The notes below the pieces were generated by a model. The model saw only the letters and a list, made by a program, of their open reading frames with translations, had not been told where the DNA came from and did no database searches. The position numbers and the translations under genes are program-made. Positions 31,678 through 45,559 of a stretch of 64,000 nucleotides of DNA are shown here, one piece after another. Source of the stretch: an uncultured Gemmatimonadaceae bacterium (lineage in GTDB: Bacteria; Gemmatimonadota; Gemmatimonadetes; Gemmatimonadales; Gemmatimonadaceae); contig CAWGJO010000024.1 of NCBI GenBank assembly GCA_963822945.1, positions 32,001 through 96,000 of the forward strand. The letters are read 5' to 3'. Numbering within the stretch: the stretch's first letter is position 1; each line of letters begins with the position of its first letter.

Positions 31678-32222
31678 TATTCCAGACCGGAGAGAATCTC
31701 GGGGACCGTCTCAGCGGTCACCGATTCCAGGAAGTCCTCGTTCACCATCACCGGTGTCGCGAAGCCGCAGGCGCCGAGGCACTCCACTTCGATGACGGTG
31801 TACTTGCCGTCCGGCGAGGTGACGCCCAGCTCCTCGCAACCGGTGTGCCGCAGGAAGGCATCGCGTACGTCCTCGGCGCCGCAGACGGCGCAGGGCGACG
31901 TGGTGCACACCTGGATGAAGTATTTCCCCACGGGATGCTGGTGGTACATCGTATAGAACGTCACCACGCCCTTCACGTAGGCCGGCGTGAGTTCGAGGAC
32001 TTCGGCCACCTCGGCCATTCCCTCCTCGCTGATCCAGCCCCGGTCGTGCTGCACCATCCACAACGCCGGCAGCAGCGCGGCCATCTTCGTGGGGTATCGC
32101 GTGAACAGCGCGTCGAGCTCCTTTCGCCGCTCGCCGGTGAACACCGGCACGTAGGGCGCCGAGTGCAGACCGTGCGACGTATCCGCGGGCGCTTCCGTCC
32201 CACCCATCTCTTGCGCGCTCAC
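31677..32222 (-). CDS. nuoE: NADH-quinone oxidoreductase subunit E
   Basis: VVTFYTMY, CTTSPC, ECLGAC; AAGGAG upstream of the GTG start. Confidence 0.95.
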   Translation of the reverse strand: MSAQEMGGTEAPADTSHGLHSAPYVPVFTGERRKELDALFTRYPTKMAALLPALWMVQHDRGWISEEGMAEVAEVLELTPAYVKGVVTFYTMYHQHPVGKYFIQVCTTSPCAVCGAEDVRDAFLRHTGCEELGVTSPDGKYTVIEVECLGACGFATPVMVNEDFLESVTAETVPEILSGLE

Positions 32223-32256
32223 CGGCCCGATTCTCCTTCGTATGAATTCTCGCGCG

Positions 32257-33570
<1,314 letters not shown>

Positions 33571-33576
33571 GGTGCG

Positions 33577-34282
33577 CTATTCCCCCGCCTTCTCGCCGCT
33601 GTCCAGCCGGCGGCGCATGGCCGCGGGCAGGTCCTCGAAGGCATCCGCCACCGACAGTTCTTCCATGGAGTAACGGGCCTCGGGGTTGGCGGCGAGCGCC
33701 TGGCGGAGCTGCTCGGACCGGCTGAAGCGCCCGCGCAGGGGGAAGTCCTTTCGAAGGGGATAGCCCTCGCGGTAGTCCTCCCACATCAGAATGCGTCGCA
33801 GGTCCGGATGGCCCGCGAAGCGAATGCCGAACATGTCGAAGCACTCGCGCTCCATCCAATCGGCGCTCTTGTAGACCTCGTACACGCTCGGCACCTCCAG
33901 CGAGGCGCCCGCTTCCAATTCGACCTTCAGCCGGAGAAAGCGGCGATAGGCGATCGAGCGCAGATGCCAGACGACTTCGATGGGCTGCTCGCGTATCGCG
34001 GAACTCCACCGCCGTCACGTCGGACAGATATTCGTAGCGCTGCGAGGGCTCGGCGTGGAGCCACCGGACGACGTCGAGCAACCGGTCGTTGGCGACGACC
34101 ACGTTGGTCTCACCGCGCACCACATGGACGCGGCGCACCGCATCGCCGAACTGGTGCACGAGCGCGGCCGCGGACGGATTCGGCTCGCCGCCGGTGAGCG
34201 GCACCTGGCGCGGGGTGACGGGGGCCGGCGCGTCGGCGCCGAGTGCGCTTCCCGCCACGACGGGAGTGAATGGTGTGCTCAC
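33577..34282 (-). CDS. nuoC: NADH-quinone oxidoreductase subunit C (apparent +1 indel near 33991)
   Basis: [10 protein letters not shown] then, in another frame, [12 protein letters not shown]...[10 protein letters not shown]...PLRKDFPL; span is 3n+1. Confidence 0.92.
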
Positions 34283-34903
34283 AGGCCCGACCGCGTCTGG
34301 TGGACCGAGTTCCCGAACGGCTCCGACAGCTCGTCGATGACCGACGGCGGGATGTAGAGCTGGCTCTTGGGATCGGGGTCCATCTCCCTGCGCAATGTCG
34401 GGTCGGCGGCCCGCTCCTTCTTCACCTTTTCCTGCAGGAGCATGATGCCGTAGAGCAGCCCTTCGGGGCGCGGCGGACATCCGGGGACGTAGACGTCCAC
34501 CGGAATGATGGTATCGATGCCCTGGACCACGGCGTAGTTGTCGAACATGCCGCCCGACGACGCACAGGCCCCCATGGAGATGGCCCATTTGGGCTGCGGC
34601 ATCTGCTGCCAGATGCGGCGGAGGATCGGCGCCAACTTGAACGGCACGCGTCCGGCGCAGATGAGCACGTCGGCCTGCCGCGGCGAGAAACTCATGCGCT
34701 CCATGCCGAAGCGCGCCAGATCGAAATCGCTGGCCGCGCGACGCCATGAACTCGATGGCGCAGCACGCGGTGCCGAACGGCATCGGCCACAGCGAATTCG
34801 CGCGGGCCCAATTCACCAGGAAGTCGAGCTTCGTCGCCACCCATCCTTCCTGCGACGACGGGCTGTAGGACACGGTCGACTCAGGGCGCGGGGTCAATCC
34901 CAT
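34279..34903 (-). CDS. nuoB: NADH-quinone oxidoreductase subunit B (apparent +1 indel near 34738)
   Basis: [15 protein letters not shown] then, in another frame, DFDLARFG...SPRQAD...SMGAC...VPGCPPRPE; span is 3n+1. Confidence 0.94.
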
Positions 34904-35298
34904 TGGAGGGCCCCCTTCTTCCAGACGTAGATGAATCCCACGAGGAGGATGGCCATGAACACCAGCATCTCCCCGAGGCCGAAGAACGAAATCTGTCCCG
35001 GGGGGCACACGCCGCCGGTGAGCGGCACCGCGCACGACAACTGTCGGAAGTGCGCGCCCCACGGAATCATGAAGACGGTCTCGATATCGAAGATGATGAA
35101 GAGCACCGCCACCATATAGAACTTGACGGAGAACCGCTCGCGGGCATCGCCCAGTGGGGGGATGCCCGATTCGTATGCGGTCTGCTTTACCGGAGTCGGC
35201 CGCGGGCGCATCGTGAGATGCGACATCACCAACATCGCCACCGCGTTGAAGACGGCGAAGCCGAGCAGGAGCAGGACCGGGAAGTACGTGCGTGCCAT
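34894..35298 (-). CDS. nuoA: NADH-quinone oxidoreductase subunit A
   Basis: [30 protein letters not shown]. Confidence 0.96.
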   Translation of the reverse strand: MARTYFPVLLLLGFAVFNAVAMLVMSHLTMRPRPTPVKQTAYESGIPPLGDARERFSVKFYMVAVLFIIFDIETVFMIPWGAHFRQLSCAVPLTGGVCPPGQISFFGLGEMLVFMAILLVGFIYVWKKGALQWD

Positions 35299-35311
35299 AG
35301 CGCTCCAAACT

Positions 35312-35329
35312 TCGTGAAAACTTTCACTA
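35312..35329. promoter_or_regulatory. Putative Rex operator in the nuoA leader
   Basis: TCGTGAA-AACT-TTCACTA versus the Rex consensus TTGTGAA-N4-TTCACAA. Confidence 0.65.
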
Positions 35330-35343
35330 ACTCCAGCGCCGAA

Positions 35344-35372
35344 AAGTTATCGACCGTCCGAACAAGGGTCAA
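35344..35372 (-). promoter_or_regulatory. sigma70 promoter of the nuo operon
   Basis: TTGACC-N17-TAACTT. Confidence 0.7.
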
Positions 35373-35400
35373 CCGGATTCCGCGGCATCTTCTTGCATGC

Positions 35401-35429
35401 TTGGCGCATGTTGGGCGGACGGATACATT
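35401..35429 (+). promoter_or_regulatory. Putative sigma70 promoter of dcd (divergent from nuo)
   Basis: TTGGCG-N17-TACATT. Confidence 0.55.
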
Positions 35430-35482
35430 CCGGCGCGCGGTGCGTCTCCCATCCCCCCGTCACCTTCTCCCAGAACCCACCG

Positions 35483-36037
35483 ATGAGCATCATGTCCGAC
35501 CGCTGGATCACCCGGATGGCCAAAGAGCACGGAATGATCGAGCCCTTCGAAGACCGCCAGGTTCGCGCCGGCGTCATTTCCTACGGCGTCAGCTCCTACG
35601 GCTACGACATGCGGGTGGCCCGCGAGTTCCGGATCTTCACCAACGTGCTGAGTTCGGTGGTCGATCCGAAGAACTTCGACCCGAACAGCTTCGTGGAATT
35701 CGAGGGCGATATCTGCATCGTGCCCCCGAATTCGTTCGCGCTGGCGCGCTCGGTGGAGTATTTCCGGATTCCGCGCGATATCCTGACGGTAACGGTCGGG
35801 AAATCCACCTATGCGCGCTGCGGCATCATCACAAACGTGACGCCCTTCGAGCCGGAGTGGGAGGGTTTCGTGACGCTGGAGATCTCGAACACCACACCCC
35901 TACCGGCAAAGATATACGCCAACGAGGGGATCGCGCAGGTGCTGTTCTTCAAGGGGGAGGAAGAGCCCGACGTGTCCTACAAGGACAAGAAGGGCAAGTA
36001 TCAGGGGCAGCACGGGGTGACACTGCCGCGGCTCTGA
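35483..36037 (+). CDS. dcd: dCTP deaminase
   Basis: [38 protein letters not shown]. The only plus-strand gene called. Confidence 0.97.
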   Translation: MSIMSDRWITRMAKEHGMIEPFEDRQVRAGVISYGVSSYGYDMRVAREFRIFTNVLSSVVDPKNFDPNSFVEFEGDICIVPPNSFALARSVEYFRIPRDILTVTVGKSTYARCGIITNVTPFEPEWEGFVTLEISNTTPLPAKIYANEGIAQVLFFKGEEEPDVSYKDKKGKYQGQHGVTLPRL

Positions 36038-36049
36038 GCGCGCCACACG

Positions 36050-36239
36050 GGCATCAAGACCGCAGCGTATGAACGGCAGATGATCCGGATGGAACGGATT
36101 CGACGGACTGAGACAGGGGGCCGCTGGCGGAACTCTACCAGCCGGGCCGAGAGTTTCCGCCCAGGTGAAGGCCGATTTCCATATCCGCATCATCCGGCCA
36201 ATCCGGAGCATCTTGTCCGGACCCGCCGGTCTTGATGCC
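36050..36239. repeat. 190-bp nested palindromic element (MITE/REP-like)
   Basis: Perfect 13-bp inverted ends GGCATCAAGACCG/CGGTCTTGATGCC, 9-nt periodic CGGAT/ATCCG arms and a central hairpin. Confidence 0.75.
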
Positions 36240-36256
36240 AGACTGCCCCGTCGGTA

Positions 36257-37026
36257 CTACCCCGCCCCGCCGGCGACCGTCTCGTCGCGCTGCGCCACCA
36301 CGGCGCGCATGTAATCGTGGTTCATGCGCGCAATGAAGTCGATGCTGATCCCCTTGGGGCAGGCCGCCTGGCACTCCCCGAACAGGGTGCAGCCGCCGAA
36401 GTCCTCGAGATCCATCTGGGCCACCATCTTGAGCGCGCGGCGGTAGCGTTCGGGTTGTCCCTGCGGCAGCAGGCCCAGGTGCGAGATCTTGGCCGCGGTG
36501 AACAGCGACGCCGACCCGTTGGGGCAGGCCGCCACGCAGGCCCCGCATCCGATGCAGGCGGCGGCGTCCATGGCCTCGTCGGCCACGTCCTTGGCGATCG
36601 GGAGCGCGTTGGCATCCTGCGGCGCTCCCGTGTTCACGCTCACGAAGCCGCCCGCCTGGATGATGCGGTCGAACGCGCTGCGGTCGACCACCAGGTCCTT
36701 GACCACCTGGAACGCCCGGGCGCGCCAGGGTTCGAGCCACAGCTCGTCGCCGTCCTTGAAGCTCCGCATGTGGAGCTGGCAGGTGGTGGTCATCTTCATC
36801 GGTCCGTGTGCCGATCCGCTGATCATCATGCCGCACATGCCGCAGATGCCCTCGCGGCAATCGTGATCGAACGCGATCGGCTCCTGGCCCTGGGCAATCA
36901 GTCCCTCGTTCACCACGTCGAGCATTTCGAGGAAGGACATGTCGGGGCTGACGTCGGGCGCCGCGTACCGTTCGAAGCGTCCGGCGGCCTTCTCGCTCGG
37001 CTGCCGCCACACGTGGAGGGTGATGT

Positions 37027-37030
<4 letters not shown>
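36257..37030 (-). CDS. sdhB: Succinate dehydrogenase/fumarate reductase iron-sulfur subunit
   Basis: [40 protein letters not shown] overlap. Confidence 0.95.
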
Positions 37031-38940
<1,910 letters not shown>

Positions 38941-38942
38941 GG

Positions 38943-39626
38943 CTAGTGCACGATGCCGGCGATGACGCCGAGCGGAACGAGGGTGAAGCCGAGCCAGACG
39001 ACGACGGCTACGACGGCGGCAATGCGCCGGCGCATGGGATGCGCGGATGGATGGGCCACGCCCAGGGTGCGGAGCGAACTCCAGGCGCCGTGAAAGAGGT
39101 GCAGCCCCAGAAACGCCATCGCGACGATGTAGAACGCCGAGACCCACCAGATGCGGAAGCTGGCGACCACGTCGCCGTAGATGTCGTGGCGCCCCGCCGC
39201 ATCGGTGGCGTGGAAGGCGCCGGCCGGATCGATCGCCCCCACGGTGAACTGCAGGATGTGGAAGACGATGAACACGACGAGGAGCACGCCGCCCACCGCA
39301 TGGTGCGCGACGCCAGGCGTGGACACCTGCGCCTCCCGCATCTTGTAGCCCATCGGCCGCGCCGCCTTGGCCCGGCGGGTGAGCTGCCAGGCCATGAGGA
39401 TGTGCAGCAGCACGGCGACGATGAGCACGACGCGCATGGCCCACACCACCTCGGCCAGCGGGCCGTGCAGCATCGCGGCGTACGAGTCGAACTTGTCCTG
39501 GCCGATGAAGACCTGGAGGTTGCCGAGCATGTGGAAGATCACGAAGGCGATGCCGATCAGCCCCGTGACCGCCATGATGATCTTCTTCCCGATCGTGGAC
39601 CGGTACAGATTGACGAACCAGGTCAT
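38943..39626 (-). CDS. sdhC: Succinate dehydrogenase cytochrome b subunit (5-TM type; compensating indels at 39292-39317)
   Basis: [34 protein letters not shown]. Confidence 0.92.
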   Translation of the reverse strand: MTWFVNLYRSTIGKKIIMAVTGLIGIAFVIFHMLGNLQVFIGQDKFDSYAAMLHGPLAEVVWAMRVVLIVAVLLHILMAWQLTRRAKAARPMGYKMREAQVSTPGVAHHAVGGVLLVVFIVFHILQFTVGAIDPAGAFHATDAAGRHDIYGDVVASFRIWWVSAFYIVAMAFLGLHLFHGAWSSLRTLGVAHPSAHPMRRRIAAVVAVVVWLGFTLVPLGVIAGIVH

Positions 39627-39654
39627 CGTGTTGGGACGTTCAGGGTGAGAGCTC

Positions 39655-39702
39655 CGGAATGCGGAATGCGGGAGGCAGGTCGGTGTGCCCTGCTTCCCGC
39701 AT
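39655..39702. repeat. Heptamer-periodic hairpin between mdh and sdhC
   Basis: CGGAATG-CGGAATG-CGGGAGG array; 14-bp stem ATGCGGGAGGCAGG/CCTGCTTCCCGCAT with one G-T pair. Confidence 0.55.
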
Positions 39703-39714
39703 CCGGGTCTTCGC

Positions 39715-40902
<1,188 letters not shown>

Positions 40903-40939
40903 TCAATCGCCCACCGATCGCACGAGCCGGGAGCGTTCC

Positions 40940-41922
40940 CTATCCCCGACCTGTGACAGCGCCTTCAGCCCGCCCACCTTCATCTGCAACAGGGCGTGCT
41001 CCTTCGGCTTCTCGGCGAGCGCGCGGCGGAAGAACGGCTCCAGTGGCTCGCCCGCGCGCAGCGGCGTGCGGAGATCCACTTCGTGGTCGCCGAACAGACA
41101 GGTGCGCAGCCGTCCGTCGGCGGTGAGACGCACGCGGTTACACGAGCCGCAGTACGTGTGGGTCATGGGCGTGATTACGCCGATCGAGCCGCGGGCGCCT
41201 TCGAATGCATAGTACGCCGCCGGTCCGTTCCCGCGCGCCGGTCCGGCGCTGGGCGCCAGCGCGCCGAGGGCACGCACGCGGGCCAGCAGCTCATCACTCG
41301 GCACCACGTGTTCCCACGTGAGCTCGCGCATCTCGCCCACCGGCATGAGTTCGATGAACCGCACGTGCCAGGGATGCTCGAAGGTGAGGCGCGCGAAGTC
41401 CTCGATCTCGTCGTCGTTCACGCCTCGCATGACCACGACGTTGATCTTCACCGGGTTCAGGCCGTGCGCCTCCGCGGCCGCGGCAGCGCGCACCGGGTCG
41501 AACCCCAGCTTGCGTCGCGAGATGGCCGCAATGCGGTCGGCCCGAAGGCTGTCGGCGCTGATATTGACCCGATCCAACCCGCTGGCGCGCAACGGCGCCG
41601 CGAGCGCTTCGAGGCGCACTCCGTTGGTGGAGAGCGCGATGTCCTCGATGCCCGGTACCGCCTTCAACTGCGCCACGAGTTCCTGCAGGTCGGGACGAAT
41701 CGTGGGTTCGCCGCCGGTGATTCGCAGGCGCCGGAGCCCGAGCGGCGCCAACTGGCGCACCGCTTCCGCGATCTCCTCGTAGCTCAGAATCTCGGCCTTG
41801 GGCAGCCACTGCAATCCCTCGGCCGGCATGCAGTAGAGACACCGGAAGTTGCAGCGATCGGTCACCGAGATCCGCAGGTACTCGATGCTCCGGCCGAACT
41901 GGTCGCGCAGGGCTTCGCTCAT
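40940..41922 (-). CDS. moaA: GTP 3',8-cyclase MoaA (apparent -1 indel in the terminal GG codons)
   Basis: YLRISVTDRCNFRCLYCMP, CGSCNRVR. One added G at 40944-40947 restores SQVGG-TAG. Confidence 0.95.
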
Positions 41923-42374
41923 CGTGCGGGCTCCGGCCTCGGGGTGGGCGGCACATGGCCATTGCCGGCATGCACCCATTCCCGCGCGCCATCGGCGTAT
42001 TGCTCACGCTTCCAGATGGGCACGCGACGCTTGGTCTCCTCGATGATGTAGCGCGACGCCTCGTAGGCGAGCGCCCGATGTGCGTGCGTCGTGGCGATGG
42101 CGATACTCGCCTCCCCGAGCGACAGCGTGCCGAGGCGATGTTCGACGGCCACCCGCACCCCGTCGAACCGGGCGGCGGCGTCGGCCACGATCGTCGCCAG
42201 TTCCCGCTCGGCCATCTCACGGTACGCACTGTACTCGATGCCGGTGACGGCGCGGCCGTCGTTCATCTCGCGCACGGTGCCGACGAAGAGGACGCCCGCC
42301 CCGCACGACGGGTCGGAGATCTCGGCCAGAAGCGCCGCGGGGTCCAGCGGGTGGTCGACGATGCCCGATCGCAT
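41919..42374 (-). CDS. moaE: Molybdopterin synthase catalytic subunit
   Basis: FVGTVR, EYSAYREMA, HRLG, VPIWKRE. Confidence 0.95.
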   Translation of the reverse strand: MRSGIVDHPLDPAALLAEISDPSCGAGVLFVGTVREMNDGRAVTGIEYSAYREMAERELATIVADAAARFDGVRVAVEHRLGTLSLGEASIAIATTHAHRALAYEASRYIIEETKRRVPIWKREQYADGAREWVHAGNGHVPPTPRPEPAR

Positions 42375-42616
42375 CAGCCACCCGCCACGGGAGGAATGAT
42401 CGCGACCTCGTCGGCGGCGGACACCCGGGTGTCGCGGCCGGCATACCGCTGGTTCACGGCCACCAGCGGGGCGGCGGGCAGCCGGTCGGGGCCGTGGCGC
42501 GCGCGGACCGCGGCCACGAGATCGGCGACGGTCGTCCCTTCCGGGACGTCCACATTGATCTCCGGGGCGCCCACGGCATCGGCGTAGGACGCGAAGAGCA
42601 GCACACGCACGTTCAT
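42374..42616 (-). CDS. moaD: Molybdopterin synthase sulfur carrier subunit
   Basis: VRVLLFA, VAVNQRY, C-terminal PPVAGG. Confidence 0.95.
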   Translation of the reverse strand: MNVRVLLFASYADAVGAPEINVDVPEGTTVADLVAAVRARHGPDRLPAAPLVAVNQRYAGRDTRVSAADEVAIIPPVAGG

Positions 42617-42623
42617 ACGTCGA

Positions 42624-42652
42624 ATGCTACCGGAGCGAGGAGCGGGGGGAAA
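42624..42652 (-). promoter_or_regulatory. Putative promoter giving a leaderless moaD mRNA
   Basis: TTTCCC-N17-TAGCAT, 7 nt before the ATG, no SD. Confidence 0.5.
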
Positions 42653-42704
42653 GCGGCAATTCCATGCGAACCGTCGAGTCCTCCATGGATGCCCGCAGAC
42701 GGGC

Positions 42705-42737
42705 AAACGAATCGCCCCGGCCAGGAAGCCGGGGCGA
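42705..42737 (-). terminator. Intrinsic terminator after the HU/IHF gene
   Basis: Minus strand TCGCCCCGGC-TTCCTG-GCCGGGGCGA followed by TTCGTTT. Confidence 0.7.
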
Positions 42738-42755
42738 GACTCGGGCCTTCCGCGA

Positions 42756-43100
42756 TCAGGCCTTCGAAGCCTGAATCGGCTCGGGCGAGCTCGATGTCTG
42801 TTCTTCGAGGTCGGCCACGAGGGCGCGTAACTCCTTGGATGGCTTGAACACCGGGACGGGGCGGGCAGACACTTCAACCGGCGAACCGGTGCGCGGATTG
42901 CGCGCCATCCGGGTCTTGCGGTGCCGGATCTTGAAGGTGCCGAACCCGCGTACCTCGATGTTTTTCTGCTCGTGCAGCGCTTCTTTGATCGCTTCCAGGA
43001 AGGCGTCGACGACGCGCGCGCAGTCCTTCTTGGAAATCATTGGCCCGGCAGTCCGGGCAATCTGCGTCGTCACTCGCTCGACCAGATCGGCTTTGGTCAT
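42756..43100 (-). CDS. HU/IHF family DNA-binding protein (IHF-like)
   Basis: MTKADLV, IEVRGFGTF, ARNPRTG, PVFKPSKEL. Confidence 0.95.
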   Translation of the reverse strand: MTKADLVERVTTQIARTAGPMISKKDCARVVDAFLEAIKEALHEQKNIEVRGFGTFKIRHRKTRMARNPRTGSPVEVSARPVPVFKPSKELRALVADLEEQTSSSPEPIQASKA

Positions 43101-43145
43101 TGAAGAGCCTCGGGGTCAGGCGCTCAGAGGCTTGAGCGCTCCCCG

Positions 43146-43175
43146 AACATATGGACGTTAAGCGTTGTGTGTCAA
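43146..43175 (-). promoter_or_regulatory. sigma70 promoter of the HU/IHF gene
   Basis: TTGACA-N18-TATGTT; the -35 contains the carA TGA stop. Confidence 0.7.
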
Positions 43176-44305
43176 GAGTTTGTGGCGTTTCGACGGCTCG
43201 GATCGCGGACCACGTCCAGGAATTGGTTGAACAGGGGCCTGGCATCATGGGGTCCCGGGGCGGCTTCCGGGTGGTACTGGACCGCAAAGATCGGTAACTC
43301 CTTGTGCCGCAAGCCCTCTATGCTGCCGTCGTTGAGATTTACGTGCGTCACCTCGAGATCGGGCGCGCCCGGGATGCCCGATTCGTTTCCCGCCACTGCA
43401 AATCCGTGATTCTGGGAGGTGATCAGCACGTGTCCCGTGGACAACTCCTTCACGGGATGATTTCCACCCCGGTGCCCGTAGGGCATCTTCACCGTCTTGG
43501 CGCCGAAGGTCAGTGCCAGGATCTGGTGTCCGAGGCAGATGCCGAAGATGGGAACACCGGCATTGGCGATTGCTCGCACGGCCGCCGGCGCGTAGTGCAC
43601 CGCAGCCGGGTCGCCCGGGCCGTTGGCCAGGAACACGCCGTCCGGAGCAAGCGCCAGCGCGGTCTCGGCGGATGTTTCCGCCGGAACGACCGTGATCCGG
43701 CAGTCGTGCGCCTCGAACAGGCGGAGGATGTTGCGCTTGATTCCGAAGTCGTACGCCACGATGTGGTGGGAGGCGCGATCGCTTCCCCACGTGTACGACT
43801 CGCGGGTGGTCACACGCGTCGCCAGATCGAGGCCTTCCATCGAGGGGCATGCGTCGAGTGCCGCACGCGCGTCATCGCCTGGTGATTCTCCGGCCCCGAT
43901 GACTCCGCGCATCACGCCCGCCGTTCTCAAGTGGCGAGTGAGCCGCCGCGTGTCAACTTCCGCGAGAATGGGAACTTGGGCTCCGGCCAGCCAGTTGCCG
44001 AGGTCGCCCGACGCCCGCCAGTTGGAAAAGCCGGCCGACAGTTCGCGCACCACGACACCAGCCACCTGGACGCCGGCAGACTCGGGATCCTCTTCGTTCA
44101 CGCCATAGTTCCCGATCATCGGCGCGGTCATCACCACGATCTGGCCCCGGTAGGAGGGATCGGTGAAGACCTCCTGGTAGCCGCTCATGTTGGTGGTGAA
44201 TACGACTTCGGCCACGGTGGGTGGAATCGGACCCCGAAGGGTGCCGTGAAAAAGGGTTCCATCCTCGAGGAGGAGGAACCCTGGCTGGATCTGTGTGCTC
44301 GTCAC
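43172..44305 (-). CDS. carA: Carbamoyl-phosphate synthase small subunit
   Basis: LLEDGT, TDPSYRGQ, NGPGDP, GICLGHQ, QYHPEA. Start approximate. Confidence 0.95.
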   Translation of the reverse strand: MTSTQIQPGFLLLEDGTLFHGTLRGPIPPTVAEVVFTTNMSGYQEVFTDPSYRGQIVVMTAPMIGNYGVNEEDPESAGVQVAGVVVRELSAGFSNWRASGDLGNWLAGAQVPILAEVDTRRLTRHLRTAGVMRGVIGAGESPGDDARAALDACPSMEGLDLATRVTTRESYTWGSDRASHHIVAYDFGIKRNILRLFEAHDCRITVVPAETSAETALALAPDGVFLANGPGDPAAVHYAPAAVRAIANAGVPIFGICLGHQILALTFGAKTVKMPYGHRGGNHPVKELSTGHVLITSQNHGFAVAGNESGIPGAPDLEVTHVNLNDGSIEGLRHKELPIFAVQYHPEAAPGPHDARPLFNQFLDVVRDPSRRNATNS

Positions 44306-44313
44306 GGTTGGTA

Positions 44314-44721
44314 TCAGGGCTTCTTGGAATCCGGCGGCGGGGTCTTGGTCGCCGGCGACGCCGGCTGCGTGGTGACCGGAGCGGTCGGAAGCGGAACGGC
44401 CTGGGTGCCGCCGGAGGTGGCCGGCGCCTGGTTCGCGGCGGGCGGCGCCTGAAGATTGTCCAGCACCGACTTCGGCTGCGAACTGCGCGACGACGCCAGC
44501 GACAGCATGAAGGCCAGCGCGAGGAACAGCCCGCCACCCCACCACGACGCCTTGGTGAGCAGACTCCCCGTCTGCCGGCTGCCGAACAGTGTGTCGGCGG
44601 AACTGCTCACGCCGCCGAATGTCGCGGCCAGGCCGCCGCCCTGCGCCGCCTGCAGGAGAATGGCTGCCAGCAGAATCACACTATCGAGCAGCAACAGGAA
44701 GAGGAGAATCGAATACAGCAT
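44314..44721 (-). CDS. secG: Preprotein translocase subunit SecG
   Basis: ILLQAAQGGGLAATFGG, LLTKAS; follows tpiA. Confidence 0.92.
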   Translation of the reverse strand: MLYSILLFLLLLDSVILLAAILLQAAQGGGLAATFGGVSSSADTLFGSRQTGSLLTKASWWGGGLFLALAFMLSLASSRSSQPKSVLDNLQAPPAANQAPATSGGTQAVPLPTAPVTTQPASPATKTPPPDSKKP

Positions 44722-44812
44722 CTGGGTGCGGTGAACGTTTATTGAGGGCGATGTAAGCTATAAATATCACGATACTTAGCCACTGGCGTCAAGGGCGCCG
44801 GGCGTGTGCATG

Positions 44813-45559
44813 CTAGCCGCTGTTCACGACACCCAGCCAGCTCGCAACGGTGAGGCTCGCCCCGCCCACGAGGAGCCCGTCCACGGCGTCGGCCGCCAGC
44901 AGTGCCGCGGCATTCGTGGGCTTCACGCTCCCCCCGTACAGAATGGGTACCGTCGACGGCGCCCCCTCCCGCTCCAGTTCGGTCCGCAGAACCACGTGCA
45001 CGGCCGAGGCGTCGTCCGGAGTGGCCGTTCGACCGGTGCCGATGGCCCACACCGGTTCATACGCCACGACGATCGTGTCCAACTGCGGGGGCGTGAGTTT
45101 GGCGATGCCGGCGCGCAGTTGGCGAAGCACGACGTGGTCGGTATCGCCGCGTTCGCGCTCGTCGAGTGTCTCCCCGACGCACAGCACCGGCGTGAGATCG
45201 TGGGCGAGGGCCACGGCGCACTTGAGCGCCGTAGCCTCGTCGCGCTCCCCGAACACGTGCCGCCGCTCCGAGTGTCCGACGAGCACGCAGCTGGCTCCCG
45301 CCTCCCGGGCGATCGGGGCCGAGTTCTCGCCCGTGAACGCCCCCGCCTCTTCGCCCGCGATGTTCTGAACGCCGAGTCGGATGTCGGGCCGCTTGGCCCC
45401 GGCTTCGTATGCCGCCGCGAAGGCCAGCGCCGACGGAAAGATCATCACCGTCCGATCGTCACGCGGCGCGTAGGCGGAGAGAAACTCCTCCATGAACGAA
45501 CGCGCCGCGCTGGGCCCGTGGTTCATCTTCCAGTTGGCGGCGAAGATGGGAGTGCGCAT
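44813..45559 (-). CDS. tpiA: Triosephosphate isomerase
   Basis: [29 protein letters not shown]. Confidence 0.98.
   Translation of the reverse strand: MRTPIFAANWKMNHGPSAARSFMEEFLSAYAPRDDRTVMIFPSALAFAAAYEAGAKRPDIRLGVQNIAGEEAGAFTGENSAPIAREAGASCVLVGHSERRHVFGERDEATALKCAVALAHDLTPVLCVGETLDERERGDTDHVVLRQLRAGIAKLTPPQLDTIVVAYEPVWAIGTGRTATPDDASAVHVVLRTELEREGAPSTVPILYGGSVKPTNAAALLAADAVDGLLVGGASLTVASWLGVVNSG

Noticed and set aside
36050..36239. CRISPR-like reading of the periodic repeats
   Set aside because: The units are 9 nt and inverted, with no spacer-length unique sequences and no cas genes.
42617..42755. Moco riboswitch upstream of moaD
   Set aside because: The region is explained by the HU/IHF terminator and a promoter abutting the ATG.
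44306..44812. tRNA next to secG, and a secG promoter
   Set aside because: No cloverleaf or T-arm motif, and carA follows immediately. A TTGACG is present but has no well-spaced -10, so it was not called.
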